Source: Vicugna vicugna (Eukaryota). Taken from it: a stretch of DNA of 64,000 nt. Under the pieces are notes generated by a model that saw only the letters and a program-made list of their open reading frames with translations, did not search any database and had not been told where the DNA came from. Made by a program: the position numbers and the translations under genes. Positions 36,771 to 49,926 of the stretch are shown here, piece by piece. Each line of letters starts with the position of its first letter. Positions within the stretch are counted from its first letter, which is position 1. The stretch covers positions 558,001-622,000 of the forward strand of contig MU058836.1 of the NCBI GenBank assembly GCA_013265495.1, written 5' to 3'.

Positions 36771-37894
36771 AATATCTGCAAAAGGCTGAATTAGGCACTT
36801 TCACACCTGCTTTCCTCACTGAGCCAGCCCAATGAGCCCATGATAAACGCAGGGCTTAGAAAGGTTGTGTAGCTTACCTAAGCTCACATAGCTTGTGAGT
36901 GGCGCTGATGGAACCTGAAACAATCGTATGGATCTAAAACCCATGATTTTTCTATCATAAATATGCACCATACCATAGCACGTCCTAGTACCTTCCCACT
37001 AAGGACCCTAAAGGACCTGGCCATGGATGGACAAGAGGTATTGGGAAAGACGCAAAGCTCCAGTTGGTCCAAGATCCTCACCAGGTCTCCAAGTCTTCAG
37101 CTCTGCCTCTCTGACTTCTCTTTCAATATTTTTCCCCTGTTAATTCTAGAGGCAAAGTAGCACTGTGGTTAAGAGCGTAGATTTTTTGGAGTTCTACCGC
37201 TCACAAGCTGTGTGACCTTGACCAACATACTTCACCTCAGCAAGCTTCAATTTCCTCATTAGCAAAAAACAAAAACGAGGATAAAAGTACCTACCTCGTA
37301 GGGTGGCTAATGACTACATGAGATGGTGTCTGCAAAGTACTCAGCTTGGGGTCTGGCAGATTAGAAATAGCTGGTGAACAGCAGCTAATAAATGTGATAG
37401 CCCAAAGCAGCCATTCATTTTAAGGAGCAATAGATTATTTCTTCCAATACATGCTTTCTCCAGGAGCTAACTGTATAGATGGCCTCAGGGCACAGTGGGA
37501 CCACAGTCCCAACCTCAGAGCAAGGGGGTGCATTTGGTCAGCTTGCTCTCCTCTCTCTTGATTAAATTCACGCTTACACTTTGTTCCCATGGCAGGCTGC
37601 TGTCCTACTAAAGACTCTGAACCTGGCATCGGGCACGCTGTTCATCTAAAGAGTGGAGCCTCCTCTAGAACAGAGGTCCCATCAGGAATCTCAGGACCCT
37701 CGAAATCAGTTCCTCGCCTGCAAAATGGGAATGCTTTTGTCCACTTTGCTGGGTTTACAGGGGAAATCAAAGAAAACCCCACTGGGGAGAGCCTGTGGCA
37801 CAGTTTCTGGCACGAACAGGCATTTTGTAACTGAGCCATCCAAGTCTCATCGCCTCAGATGGGAGGCTGGGGGACACACACAGCTTTCATTTAT

Positions 37895-38260
37895 TATTAT
37901 TATTTTTTTAAATTATGGTAAGAACACTTAACATCTACCCTCAACAAAAATTTAGGTGCACCATTACAGGAACGTGATCTAGGGGCACAGTGTCTACAGC
38001 AGATCTCGAGGACTTGATCATCTTCCACAACTGAAACTCTGTGCTCATTGAACAGCACCGCACCCTCCCTCCTGCCCCCAGCCCCTGGCAACCACCATCC
38101 TACTTTCTGCTTCTATCCATTTGACTGTTCTGTAGACCTCATATAAGTGATATCATGCAGTATTCGTCTTTCTGTGACTGGCTTATTTCCCTTGGCATAA
38201 TATCTTCAAGGTTCATCCATGTTTCGAATATGGCAGGATTTCCTTCCTTTCTGACACTGA
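37895..38260 (-). mobile_element. L1MA9/10-type 3' end
   Basis: 'aagaacacttaacatctaccctcaacaaaaattt...acagcagatctcgaggacttgatcatc...cccagcccctggcaaccaccatcctactttctgcttcta'. Confidence 0.85.
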
Positions 38261-40574
38261 TTAACATATCCCTTTGGTAGTAATGAGAGAGAAATGAGCA
38301 TTTTATTTTCTCTTAGGTATTTAATAAATTTTAACTTGAAACTGGACATAGAATTTTGTTAACTAGGTAACTTAGAAAATTCAAATAAACCCCAAAAAGG
38401 GAGAAAAGAAAATCACCTGTAACTTGGACAGCAGAGATACTTAGGTACCTTTCCAGACATTTTTCTAGGTGTGCATACTTGTTAAAAGCATCATAATGCA
38501 TATTGCTTTATAACCTGCTTTTTGCTCTTAACTATGTTTTGATCCGTCCTTCCACATCAGCAAGTGTCTGTAACCTGTTACTACAACAGTGCATAGTATT
38601 CCATTGCAGGGAATAAACTATAGGTGGTTTCCACCTTTTTGCTTTTGCGATGAACCCTGTGATCCTCAATGCTGAAATAATCACAAGACAAAGCTTTATT
38701 AACTCTGCTGTCTAATTTCTGTCCCCAGTCCTGAATCCCTTGCTTGTCCCTATTATAAATAATTAAAATGTTTTCCAGTTAAACTTGCCTAGCTACACAT
38801 TAATGGTTCCCAAATCAAAAGAGCATTGCTGAGCTTCATTACAACAGAGACACTTGTTCACAAACACCCAAATCAGAAACAACACCATAATCTACAGACT
38901 GAAATTCACAGGCCAGAATGACCTTCTCCAACAAACAGGTGTCAAGCAGGGTCTCCTTTGGTAAGGCAGAAATTACATTATACTTAATAATCCAGACAGG
39001 GAGAAGGAGTTCCAAAATAAGGGAATCTGTGAAAACAGTTTCTAAATGGTAAGCAATTTTGGAAAGTGGACAGGGCATGAGATGGAGTCAGACCAACTGA
39101 GGTTAACATTGGCACTGATCCTTATTTGCTGTGTGCTCTTGAGCAATTTACTTAACTTCTCTGAGCCCCAACTTCTTTACCTGTAAAATACTATTGATAT
39201 CTACTGCAGGGTTGCTGTAGGGATTAAAATGAGGATGGATAACATCACTGCTTTATTTGGCCACAAATTAATAGAGATAAAGAGTAGACTCCCTTCTTCC
39301 CATTCAGAAAGCAAGCGAAGGGCACCAGGAGTGAAATCTCCCCTTCATGACTGTTAAGACACGGAGAACAGCTAGAAGCAACGCCCTCTCCAACTTGGAA
39401 GAAACTCTCTTAGCCCATCTCTATGTTTGATATCTCAGGCCAGCAGGGTTCTCCACAAATAGAGCGGCTAAAGAATTTACATCCACATTGGGACACTTTG
39501 AGACTGAACCGGGGCACTATAAATAGTTCGCAGGGACAGCAGGTGCGAACTTGGGCTTTCCCAGGCAGACCTGTAACTCTAGTACTAACTGGATAGTGAC
39601 CAGTCTACATGGAGCGAGTGGGAAAACCAGATCATTTCATTTCAAAATACTCATATAAGTTGTCTTGACTGTTCCCTAGGTGATCAAGAAAAAAATTACT
39701 CAATCATAGATAGAAGTATGCACAAAGTTTATTTGGCCTGTACAGAGTAACCCTTTGGTGCCATCTCTTTGAGTTGTCACTCCATTATCAGTCTTCTTAG
39801 GGCTAAGAAAATGTCTTTCTCTCCCTGATGAATTTTGCACAATCTTATAAGATTTGTGTTTTCCATTTATTTCATTTTTTGACACATCCATTATATGTCA
39901 AGCCCTAGCCTAAAATTATAGGAACTAGAGTATCTGCTTTTAAGAAACTCACAGTTAAGTCAGGGAGATGAACATGGAAGCCATTCACAAAAATGTACAA
40001 CGTGAAAAATTCCAACATGGCGGTGTGTGCAAAGCACCATGGGATCCAGAGAAGTGGGTGACTGACTCTTGCCTAGAAGGCTTCACAGCAGTGGTACCAT
40101 TTGAAGCATCTCAAATAATATTTTTCTAAGTGAAGAAGTGTGGGGAGTATGTTCTGGGGACAAGTTTAAGGAAGTCTGAATATGTGGAATGTGTGAGAAA
40201 CTGCCCACAGCACAGTGTGGCCGGGGCCTGCCGTGAAATAGAGCGAGTGTGGCCTCCAGGCTCTCTCTGGGTTCCTGCAAGCCTCTCCAGCAGTGGAATC
40301 TAAACTGAGCAGTCTTCCAGCTCCGGACTCCTCTCTAACAAAACTCCCAATGGCCCCAGAACTTCCTGCAAAGCTCCAACACAATTTCTTTGAACTTCTT
40401 TAACAATAATGCTAAAGTATGTTTGTGTGTGCGTGTGTGTGTATGTGTGTAAATGTGATACCACATGCCCTCCACACTATCAGATTTTTGCCATGATTTT
40501 GTACCAGTGAAAGATTTATGAGTAGATGCCATACTCTGACTTTTAAAACACCTGTAAGTGATTGGCTTTTAAAA

Positions 40575-40858
40575 AAAAGTTTTATTGTAGTATAATCAGT
40601 TTACGATATTGTGTCAATTTCTGGTGCACAGCATAATGTTTCAGTCATACATGTACATACATATATTCCTTTTCATATTCTTTTTAATTATAGGTTACTA
40701 CAGGATATTGAATACAATTCCCTGTGCTATACAGTAGAAACCTGTTATTTGTCTGTTTTATATATAGTAGTTAGTATTCTGCAAATCTCAAACTCCCAAT
40801 GTATCCCTTCCCACTCCCCTTCCCTCCTAGTAACCATAAGTTTGTTTTCTATGCCTGT
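40575..40858 (-). mobile_element. Camelid L1 3' end with TSD
   Basis: 3'UTR as at 10680-10925, reversed; flanks gtgattggcttttaaaa / gtgaatggtttttagaa. Confidence 0.88.
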
Positions 40859-41174
40859 GAATGGTTTTTAGAAGAATTTTTCCTTCCAGTTTTCAAAACT
40901 GGTCTAATCATGTGAGGGACCACTGTGAGACTGAGACACACCCTATGCTGAGTTTACATCCTTTTAAACAAGTTTTTCTGCTATCATTTCTGTAGGGTAA
41001 AAAAATCAATGTGATTCTAAATAATTCTGACCTCTTTAGAAGGCAACACATGTTGCATTTGATTCAAAACAATTCCCGTGTTTAAAAAAAAAAAAGCAAG
41101 TGAGAAAATGAGCAGTCCAGCCATATGGAGATGGGATGACTCAAAGGCAGCCACATCCCAGAGAGCCCATCCAC

Positions 41175-41193
41175 TCGCCAGCAGAGGGCGTGC
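41175..41193 (+). promoter_or_regulatory. CTCF core motif
   Basis: tcgCCAGCAGAGGGCGtgc matches CCASYAGRKGGCR, in apparently non-repeat sequence with retained CpGs. Confidence 0.6.
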
Positions 41194-41269
41194 TCTAATG
41201 GCGAGCAGAGCAGGTGCATCCCTGTCATGGGATTTGAGGACAACAGGGTGTCCCAGAGTTTTTCAAATG

Positions 41270-41700
41270 GGCCTCTAGCTTATAAGTGATGGAAACTCAA
41301 TACAAATTGGGTTTAAGAAAAACAATTTTAAAGGATTTATTGGATACCTTAGTCAAAAAAGTCAGGGCTAGGTCTGATCAGGACTGACATTCTGGAATTT
41401 AGACACTCAAAGGGTATCATTGAAAGGGATCTCCTTCTAGCTTGCAGCCTTGCCTTCTTAACTGCTGGTTTCACTGGCAAGCCTGCTCTCCATAAAGCTG
41501 ACATAACAGTTGTTCCCTGCAAGATGGTTGCTCTGGTTAAGGTCCTTACACTCTAGCAACTCTAATGGAAAGAGAGGTTCTTTTTGCTAGGAGTTTCAAT
41601 AAAATCCTAGGACTGAGTTTCATTGAACCAATGTGGGTCATGTGTCAATACCTAAACCAATCATCATGTGCAGGGAGTGAAGTAAGGTGGTTTCACTTAT
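41270..41700. mobile_element. Old MaLR LTR (MLT1K/L-like)
   Basis: 'tagcttataagtgatggaaactcaatacaaattgg...aaatcctaggactgagtttcattgaaccaatgtgggtcatgtgtcaatacctaaaccaatca'. Confidence 0.65.
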
Positions 41701-43099
41701 TATTATTATCCAGGATGAGTCATCTTGGACCTCAGATGAGGATGGAGGGTATGAAGCAGGAAACTCCACTGGGCCTGGTGGGCTGAGGGTGGGTGAAATA
41801 TTTCACCAGTGCTACGGCAGTGTCTGTCTCACTTTCCCTAGTCTGTTTTCTCTTCCTCCTAGATACCCATTCTAAAGAATGAGTTCAGCCTCCCTAAGAG
41901 TTGGGTGTATCCATATGACTGAGTTCTAGCTAATGGAAAGTGGGGAGAAGTGGTGCATATTGCTTCTTGGCCCATCAACATCTCCCAGCCACCTTGGGAA
42001 ACTATGGATAGATGAACAAAATAGAAGGAGCCTGGTCCCTAAATCTTTACACCTTGGAATAAAGCTGTCCACCAAACAGAAATACTTACTGGGAGATTCT
42101 GTTTGAAACATATATTTGAGAACTAGTTTATTATAGGAGCTCACATTATCTTAACTGAGATGCAAGTATCAAAAAAAGGGGGATTTGCATATTGAGTAGG
42201 CAAGATTAGCTTATGTCTACTAAATAGCTTCTCTGTGTTTGATGCTGGAAATTTCAGATATCCTGCTGGGCTTAATCAGTCAGGAGCCGTGGCCTGATGG
42301 CAATGTTGGCTCAGGAGTTCAAGGCCTGACTCTGACACTGATAGCTGTCAGACCTGGAACATGTCACTTCTCTCTGACCCTCAGTTTTTCCATCTGCAAA
42401 ATGGCAGTACCACACCTACTTGACTGCCTGACTGTGAGAATCAAGTTATGTGAATTAAAATGTGAATGTAAACTATAAAGCACTGGGCTAGCCTGCAAAC
42501 AAACTGAAAACATGCTGATTCACTTGGGTGGTTAGAGAGAAGCATTAATGAATCCATTTGACCTCAGAAAAGTATTTTTTCCCATTCAGGACCCTAAAAA
42601 TTAGCACCAGGAATAAAAAAAAAAGAGCAGGATGCCTGCTCTCAGGAGAGAGACCAACAAGGCAGGGGCCAAGTCTGCTGTAAGGCAAGCCAAAGTCCCC
42701 CTCCTTTTCCCCTTACCTCCTTTCCACTTCCCCTCAGATCCAATCCACTCCTCAGAAGACTGTGTACTTGTTTACAGTTTCCAAAGCTGGCCCCTCCTCA
42801 GCTCTCTTCACCCTCTCTAGGACAAGTAAAATCCAGTCCAGTCCACCTTCCCCAAGGCTGGTTAGTGATGCTTCCAATATGCAATTTGTCATTTCTCTGG
42901 GACTAGAAACCTCTATTTTTAATCCTGGATCCAAGATGCAGGCAGCCCTGGAGGCGTGGATTTTGGGATCCCTTACAATCTGGTCTCACCCTGCCCTTTT
43001 GAGACTTCGCTCTAGTTCAGATCCAACAGGCCATCTCTCCATTCCCTGGGTGTTCCCACTGCTTTTATGATCATCATCTCTGCCCAGGAGGACAGAGGT

Positions 43100-43510
43100 C
43101 CAGGCAGCAATGAGATGCAGGAGCTCAGGAGATCCCAGCTAGAGGCACAGGTTGGGACCATCTCCACAGAAGTAAGAACTGAAAAGCTGGAGCTGGGAGA
43201 GCCATCTTTGGGGTGGGACTGTGAGCTGAAGGAGAAAGCTGCAAGGCTGAAGAGAAACAAGATGTTGGTGTTGGGGGGGCAGCAGAGAAGGGAGACAGCA
43301 CAGAGCAGAAGGAAAGAGAAAGTGACAAGAAGGAGGGAAGGGTCGCTGGTGTCGAATGCTGCAGGAAGGTCAGAGGAGCAAGGAGGGGGCAGAAAGGGGT
43401 CACTGGGTTTCACCAGGAGGAAGGCAGGGAGTGTCTTTTCTATGAATAGCTGGGGTAGGAGCCAGTCTGCAGCAGTTCAGGGACGTGGAGGAAGTGAGGA
43501 CAAGGAGGAG
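43100..43510 (-). mobile_element. L2 LINE with RT remnant
   Basis: minus ORF 43012..43413 contains 'SDLPAAFDTSDPSLLL' (L2 RT motif). Confidence 0.75.
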
Positions 43511-43881
43511 AGCCTTTTGGGTGAATGGCTTAGGTGACCTGAGCCAGTTCCCTAAAAGATAACCCATTGTGCCCGACCCCTGGTGATGGGGAGTCACTCC
43601 TGGCCTCACCGCATGGAGATTTCAGTGGCCAACACCTGCTTCTGGTGGTCCCGCCAGGCTGCAGTAGCCCAAGCCGTCTTCCATCAGTATTTGAAAGGAA
43701 CCAAAAAACAGGTACTGATATCCCATCTCCTTCAAAGCTTCCTCCTCCACTGACCTGGCTCACAAATACCTTCCACTCTGAGCTCCTGGGGACCGTGCCC
43801 CACAACCTGCCAACAGAGAAGCCCTACCCAGTGACAACCATCACCAGGATGCTTCCTGAGCACAAGATCTAAGGGACTGGA

Positions 43882-43970
43882 GGGGCAGGGCTATGGCTCA
43901 GTGGTAGAGCACATGCTGAGCTTGCACACGGTCCTGGATTCAACCCCTACTACCTCTGTTTAAAAAAAAA
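43882..43970 (+). mobile_element. Camelid tRNA-derived SINE (Vic-1-like, short form)
   Basis: A-box tggctcagtgg, B-box-like ggattcaaccc, A-tail; TSD aagatctaagggactgga / aaaatctaacggaattga. Confidence 0.88.
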
Positions 43971-44319
43971 TCTAACGGAATTGAGACATGGGTTCTTCTA
44001 GGCAGCAGCTTTGTGACCTTCAGCAAGGCACATCTGAGCCTCAGTTTCCTCATCTGTCAAATGACAACAATTCTTTCTCTAGCGTGTAGACATGAGGACA
44101 TGAGGACTGAATCAGAAACGGATGTTTAACCTCAGGAAGAACTGGAAAGTTTTCCACGAGGGCTCATCATTGAAGTTTTCTGATCGTGGCAATGCATGTT
44201 TGCTGAGAGCTTGTCAAGCATTTCATCCTCAGCTCCCCTCTTCCCTTTACAACCCACATCCCAAGCACCAGAACTCCTATCAGCTCAGCCAGGTTGCTGT
44301 AGCCCGAGCTGTCTTCTAC

Positions 44320-45030
44320 CAGCTTCTAAATATCCCATGAACCTGACCGTTTTGTACCACCTCCACCGCTGTCACTGGCATCCAAACTGGCGCCATGGCT
44401 CTCTTAGAAAATCCAAGAGCTGTGTATTTAGTCTTAGCCCTCACACTCCTACTTTCCTACCCGCTCCCTTCTCTCAAAGCAACCAGAATGGCCTTTTTCA
44501 AAATGTAGCCAGATTATGTCATCCTTCCCTTGAAACCCTCCAGTGGCTTCTCAATGCGTGTGCAAAAAAATCCAAAGTCCCTACCATGTCCTGTGAGGCT
44601 CCCCGCGACCTGCCTGCCACTGCCAGGCGGCTTCTTGCTGCGCCCTAACCAGCTACACTCTGTCCCACTCCAAGGCTTCCATTCTGGTGTGTGACTCACT
44701 CCTCTATTTGATTCAGGTCTTTGCTCAAAGAGCAACTCCCCAGAGAGTCTCCTGATGATTCTAAGAGACACGCCCTCCCCGCCCCCAGCATCCAGCCCTG
44801 CCCCCACCTCAGTTCTTTCACTCTTTACCCCTGTGTCCTGGTGCCTCTGTCTTTGCAGAACACTGAACCCATGTTAGAGTGGGTTTGTTTATTACCTGTC
44901 CCTTACCCCCGCCACCCCTACCTTATTTTGTTAGGACAAGGGCTTTTCTCTGTCTTATTATCCTCAACCCCTAAAAGGTGACGGGCCCTTAACAAATATC
45001 TGTGGAATGCAAGAACGAATAAATGAATGT
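44320..45030 (+). mobile_element. L2 LINE 3' region
   Basis: 'gattatgtcatccttcccttgaaaccctccagtggcttctc...' to terminal 'aaatatctgtggaatgcaagaacgaataaatgaatg'. Confidence 0.8.
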
Positions 45031-45274
45031 TCCTCCTACATCTGTCTAGATCAGCGTGTCCTAAACTTCTGGTCGAGCCCACTTCTTCCAGCCCAGCTCC
45101 ATATCTAAATAAATGGCTTCCATTAAGTCTCTGATCCCGGCAGTCTTGACTCCTTGAAAGGGAAGGGAAAGAGCAAGTTGCTGGATTTGATCCATGGCAC
45201 TGTTTTCACCAGCATCAGCTTAATTTTTTGCACGGCAGCAGAAGGTGCAATCTTTTACTTATTTTTTTCTAGGC

Positions 45275-45645
45275 CTCCGTTTTTTAGAGCAGTTTTAGGT
45301 TCACCGCAAAATTGAGAGGTAGGGACAGGGAGCCACCGTATCTCCCCTGTCCCCACGCATACAGAGTGTCCCCCACTTCCAGTGTCCCCCACCAGAGCCG
45401 TACACTGGTCCCAATCAATGAACCTACACTGTCACGCCATAATCACCCAAACTCCATAGTTTACATTAGGGTTCGCTCTTGCTGTTGTGTGTTCTGTGGG
45501 TTTGGGCAAACGTATAATGACATGGAGCCACCATCATGGCAGCATGCAAAGTATTTTCACGGCCCTAAAAACCCTGCGATCCCCCTAGTCTCCTCTCCCT
45601 CCCACCCAACCCTGGCAACCACGGATCTTTTTACTGTCTCCAGAG
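45275..45645 (-). mobile_element. L1MC-type 3' end
   Basis: 'tttttagagcagttttaggttcaccgcaaaattgag...cataatcacccaaactccatagtttacattagggttc'. Confidence 0.85.
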
Positions 45646-48585
45646 TGTGCTGTTTTCCATTCTGGTTAGAAGTAGATACATTCTCACTGTAAAACATGCC
45701 AATAGCGCAGTTATATAGATAGTAAGTAATAAAAGCATCTGCCCTTTACCCCCACTAGGAACTATTGTCCATGGTTTGATGTGCTTCCTCCAGGACCTTT
45801 TCTGTGCATCGACATACACGTATATCTACACATACACATAAAACTTCCTTTTTAAAACTAGTATCAGACTGTACATCATGCTGCAATTGACTCTACTTAG
45901 CAATACATCCTATGGGTCTTTCCAGGTCAATTCATCTAGATTGTCTGCATCCTTTTTGGTGGCTGCCTGGTATTCCCTAGTATAGATAGTATCATACTGC
46001 ATTGAATGACATATAGGCCAGCTTCTGTTTCTTTGGCTATTACTGACACAGCCACAACAAATGTCCCTGTACTTATAACACACTACTCACATATATGTCT
46101 ACAGAAGAGGTACCTAGAAGACAAAAGGACCTTCTCAATGGCATCCGTGAACTCTTATAAATGGAAATAATCATACTACAGAATAACCTTTTATTAAGAG
46201 ACTAATTACACAATTTCCCAAAGACTGAATTTTAAATGTAATGATGGGGAGAGGGAATTAACACTTAATAAGGGCCTCTGGAACTTTCCGTGGGCATCTC
46301 CCATTCAACCTTAGGACCACTTGTACAGGATGGGTATTTCAGCTGCCTGATGAAACTTGAGGAAACAGACTCAAAGAGTTGACGTGGCACCCCCAAAGTC
46401 TCCCGACAATTGAGGGGCAGAGCTGTGACCTTCACCCAGGCCTGTGTACAAAGCCCATCATCTTTCCAACACATCGCATTTTTTTTTCTTTCCTTCCACC
46501 CTCCTTTTTCTGCTCAACAGAAAGAAAAGAATTTTGCCTGTGAAACTTGCTGATCTATCTGCAATCACACATTCCAAGCCATTTCAGTTGTCTCAGCGAA
46601 ACCCAGCCTCCGCTTTGTTGCTCATCATGAAACTAAGAGAACCATCCTAAGGGCCTGTGCCCTCACAGAAAGTCCCCTCGGATCCTTTCCCAGGAGGGAG
46701 GAGAGAGGGCTCTATTGTGAGGCCGTCTCCCACCCAAGAGAACCATCCACGACTGTCCCAGCTCTGACTGGAGCCTGGGGCTTCTCTTAGCTCTGCCCTG
46801 CACTGGAGAGGAAACGGACCCCTCCGAACCTGTAGGTGTAGCCAAAAGAAGCAAGCACTTTCTTGGTAACAAAGGAGACTCCGCGATGTCTTGATAGCTC
46901 CGCTCTCAAATAGCTAAAAGAAAAACAGCAAAGGCAAGGACCACACATGCAGTTATGAAGACAGCCACAGCTGGGGGTCTGGGGGACAGGGGCGGTTTAA
47001 AGGAAAGAGCTGGGAAGCAGCCCACTATGCAGACGCGCAGGTCACGAAGTCAGGAGGTCCCAGCATGACACGGCTTGAAGGGGCCTGAAAGTCCTGCCAG
47101 CTGAATTTCACAGCCAAAGCCTCACGTCTTCTGCAGCTTCCCTGCCAAGAGCCAGGCCCCCTGCTCCTGCACCTGTCACTTACAAGGAACGCATCACTGC
47201 CCCGAACGCCAAGGTCCACCTTGAGAGCTCTCCCTTCTAGGATTCTGAAACCTGCCCCCTCCCTTCCTTCCACCCGCTGGTCCTAGGTCCCCTCCCTTGA
47301 GACCCCACAGAACGAGCCCAGTCCTGCTTCCCGGAGACAGCCCTTGAGGCCCTGAGAAATGCCCAAATTCCCCAGCACCTGTGAAACCTCCACAGCAGGT
47401 CTGGAGGGGCCTGCAGGAGAGAAGCTTTCTCTTCTGAACAAACAGGTCTAGCCTTTCTGGTTAGGAGAGCTGCCTGGACAAAGAAAACCAATCCCGCTTG
47501 TCTTTTGAATCTGCAGCCGGATGGGAAGGGAACAATAGCCCGGGGAGAAGTAGGGGGAGGACCTGACTCTTCACATCTTAATGAAGGTGTGAACTTTGAA
47601 GCTTTATTATGAACACTTGAAAGCCTACGCCTGGTTAAGCTCCTTTCCACGGCTCACAGTCACCCTGGATAATGAGGCCGCAGCTGCGTGGGAAGCGCTG
47701 GGGCAGGAGAGAGGGAGGACTAGGGTTATCTGGAGGCAGGAGCCTCGCTGGGCCTGGCAGAAAAGCCACCCTTGGCTGCAGGCTCTGCCCCGTGACCAGG
47801 CCCTGGTGGCTTTCAGGGACAAGGAACTCTCTGTTCAAGTCGAAGGAGAGCAGTAACCCTATTAAGGACAGGAGAAAGGCCTGGAAGAGTCTTTTTTTTT
47901 TCCTTAAACTTCCTAGGTAATAAAAATAATGACTCACACCTGGATGGCACCTGCCATCATCACGTCATTTTGATTCACACAAAAGTCTCTGTGAGGCAGA
48001 AAGGACAGTGTCTCAGAGGAGTTAGGGCCACTGCATGAGGTCACTTGGGTAGTAAATGGCAGGCCAGCTAGTTGCAGCCAAGGTCTCTGTCCGCCCCACA
48101 ACCACCTCATCCCCTGAAGCCTTCAGGTCAAGTCTCAGGGCATCCGCTGAAATGTCCAGGCACCATCAGTACGCTAACAGTGACGACACGGTAACGGTCT
48201 GATGCTGACCAAGCACTGCCTATGTCCCTGGCACCAGACTCCACCTGTTCACAGGCGCTTTCCCATTTAGTCCTCCTAACCACCAAGTGGGGTATCATTA
48301 TTATTAGTGATGAGGAAACAGGCATGGAGAGCAGAAGCCACTTCCCCGAGGTCACACGGCCAGCAAGTGGCCAGACCCCAGTTTGAACTCCAGCTGTTTA
48401 GGAGCCTACCTCGTGTGTCCCTACTGTAAGTGTGAAGCCTGTTTGTTACAGAAACTGGGAAAATCCAAAGGTACAGAAAAAAGAAAACAGAAAACTCACC
48501 CAAAGATGACTGCTGAATTCACGTCCTGGCTTTTTTCTCTGGGTAGTTACGTTTTACACGTATTCGTTCAGGACGCACTTACTAC

Positions 48586-48665
48586 TTTTTTTAAGTTCCA
48601 GGGATTGAACCCAGGACCTCGTGCATTCTAAGCATGTGCTCTACCACTGAGCTGTACCCTCCCCC
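48586..48665 (-). mobile_element. Camelid tRNA-derived SINE (short form)
   Basis: 'gggattgaacccaggacctcgtgcattctaagcatgtgctctaccactgagctgtaccctccccc'; repeated gcacttact on both flanks. Confidence 0.9.
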
Positions 48666-49504
48666 GCGGTGTGTGCACTTACTGGGCTTCTCCTGTGTGC
48701 CAGGCACCACTCTGGGTATCGGGGATCCAAACGATCTAAAGGTGAGCAAGAGCAGAGGGTCCCTGTCCTCAGGGGGCTGACATTCTAGGAGCACCTTCCT
48801 GTGTATTTCAGTGACACTAGTCATCTCCCTGATGCACAGGTTTCTCCACCAGCACTGCCCTCATTTAAGGTGCCAGAGGGTTACAACCAAGGTGTGAAGA
48901 ACACACCAGGGAGGGGATATTGGGACACTCGAGTGACTCACATCCAACATCTGTGTGCTCAGTACCTCTGTGCTAACGGCCACCATGGCAGCAAATAATT
49001 AAAGTGCTGACTTTGTCCTTTCCTACTCTCAGTTCCGCAGACAGAGAGTTACTCTGGCTGCTCTGAAGGGCATCGGATCTGCCACCCTGTGGTTGCAAGA
49101 CAGCAACGTGACTGCAAGATGTAACCAGTCCCTTGGGCAGAATGGGCCCACTGTTTAGAAACTGGAGCTGGGTCTGCCCTCCCAGCTGGGGCTGGAGAAC
49201 AGCCTCCTAAGTATTGACCCCTATTTTCTAAACAGGGAAGCTGAGGCTCACAGAATGCAAAGTCATTTTTCCCAAAGTGATCTTGAGCTGGGATTCAAAG
49301 TCAGGCCAGCTTTAAAAGGCAGCAGGGCGAGGTCCGTATCTCAGAGGCACAATGACCCAGCTACCATCCCAGAATGGAGGGATCTCCACTTTGTCCACTG
49401 GAGGGATCTGATCAGTTAGAATCCAGACAGCAGCTGACACTCTGGAGTGTGGTTCTCAAATTTTTTGGTCTCCAGACCTCTTTATCACTCTTAAAAATGG
49501 AATC

Positions 49505-49665
49505 ATGCTACACACACACACAAAGTTAACCATGTTAACTATGTGAGGTGATGGGTGTGTTAATTATCTTGATCTTGGTAATCATTCTACAATGTAGGTA
49601 CCTATCAAGTCACTGAGTTGTAACCTTTAAGTATAATAATTTATCAATTATTCCTAATAAAATTT
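49505..49665 (+). mobile_element. L1MA-type 3' end nested in Charlie1
   Basis: 'taactatgtgaggtgatgggtgtgttaattatcttgatcttggtaatcatt...aataaa'. Confidence 0.8.
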
Positions 49666-49785
49666 TTTTTTTAAATGTAAGGACCCAAAAGGGTTTCTGT
49701 TTATGTGGATTATATCCATTGATACTTACTGCATTAGGAATTAAAACTAAGAAGTTTTTTAAATGTTACTTGTTAATTTATTTTA

Positions 49786-49926
49786 TTTATTATGTTATTT
49801 AATTATCTTATTTTGGTGGGGGGGGCGTAATTAGACTTATTTATTTTTAGAGGAGGTACTGGGGATCGAACCTGGGACCTCATGCGTGCTAAGTACACAC
49901 TCTGCCTCTTGAGCTATACCCTCCCC
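49786..49926 (-). mobile_element. Camelid tRNA-derived SINE (long form) nested in Charlie1
   Basis: 'ggaggtactggggatcgaacctgggacctcatgcgtgctaagtacacactc...gagctataccctcccc'; 17-bp TSD cttgttaatttatttta / cttgttaacttatttta. Confidence 0.92.

Noticed and set aside
43067..43537. 156-aa ORF on the + strand
   Set aside because: Antisense to a decayed L2; purine-rich compositional ORF
43882..43960. tRNA gene (A/B boxes)
   Set aside because: Has an A-tail and TSD and two more copies in the window (48586, 49786), so it is a tRNA-derived SINE, not a tRNA
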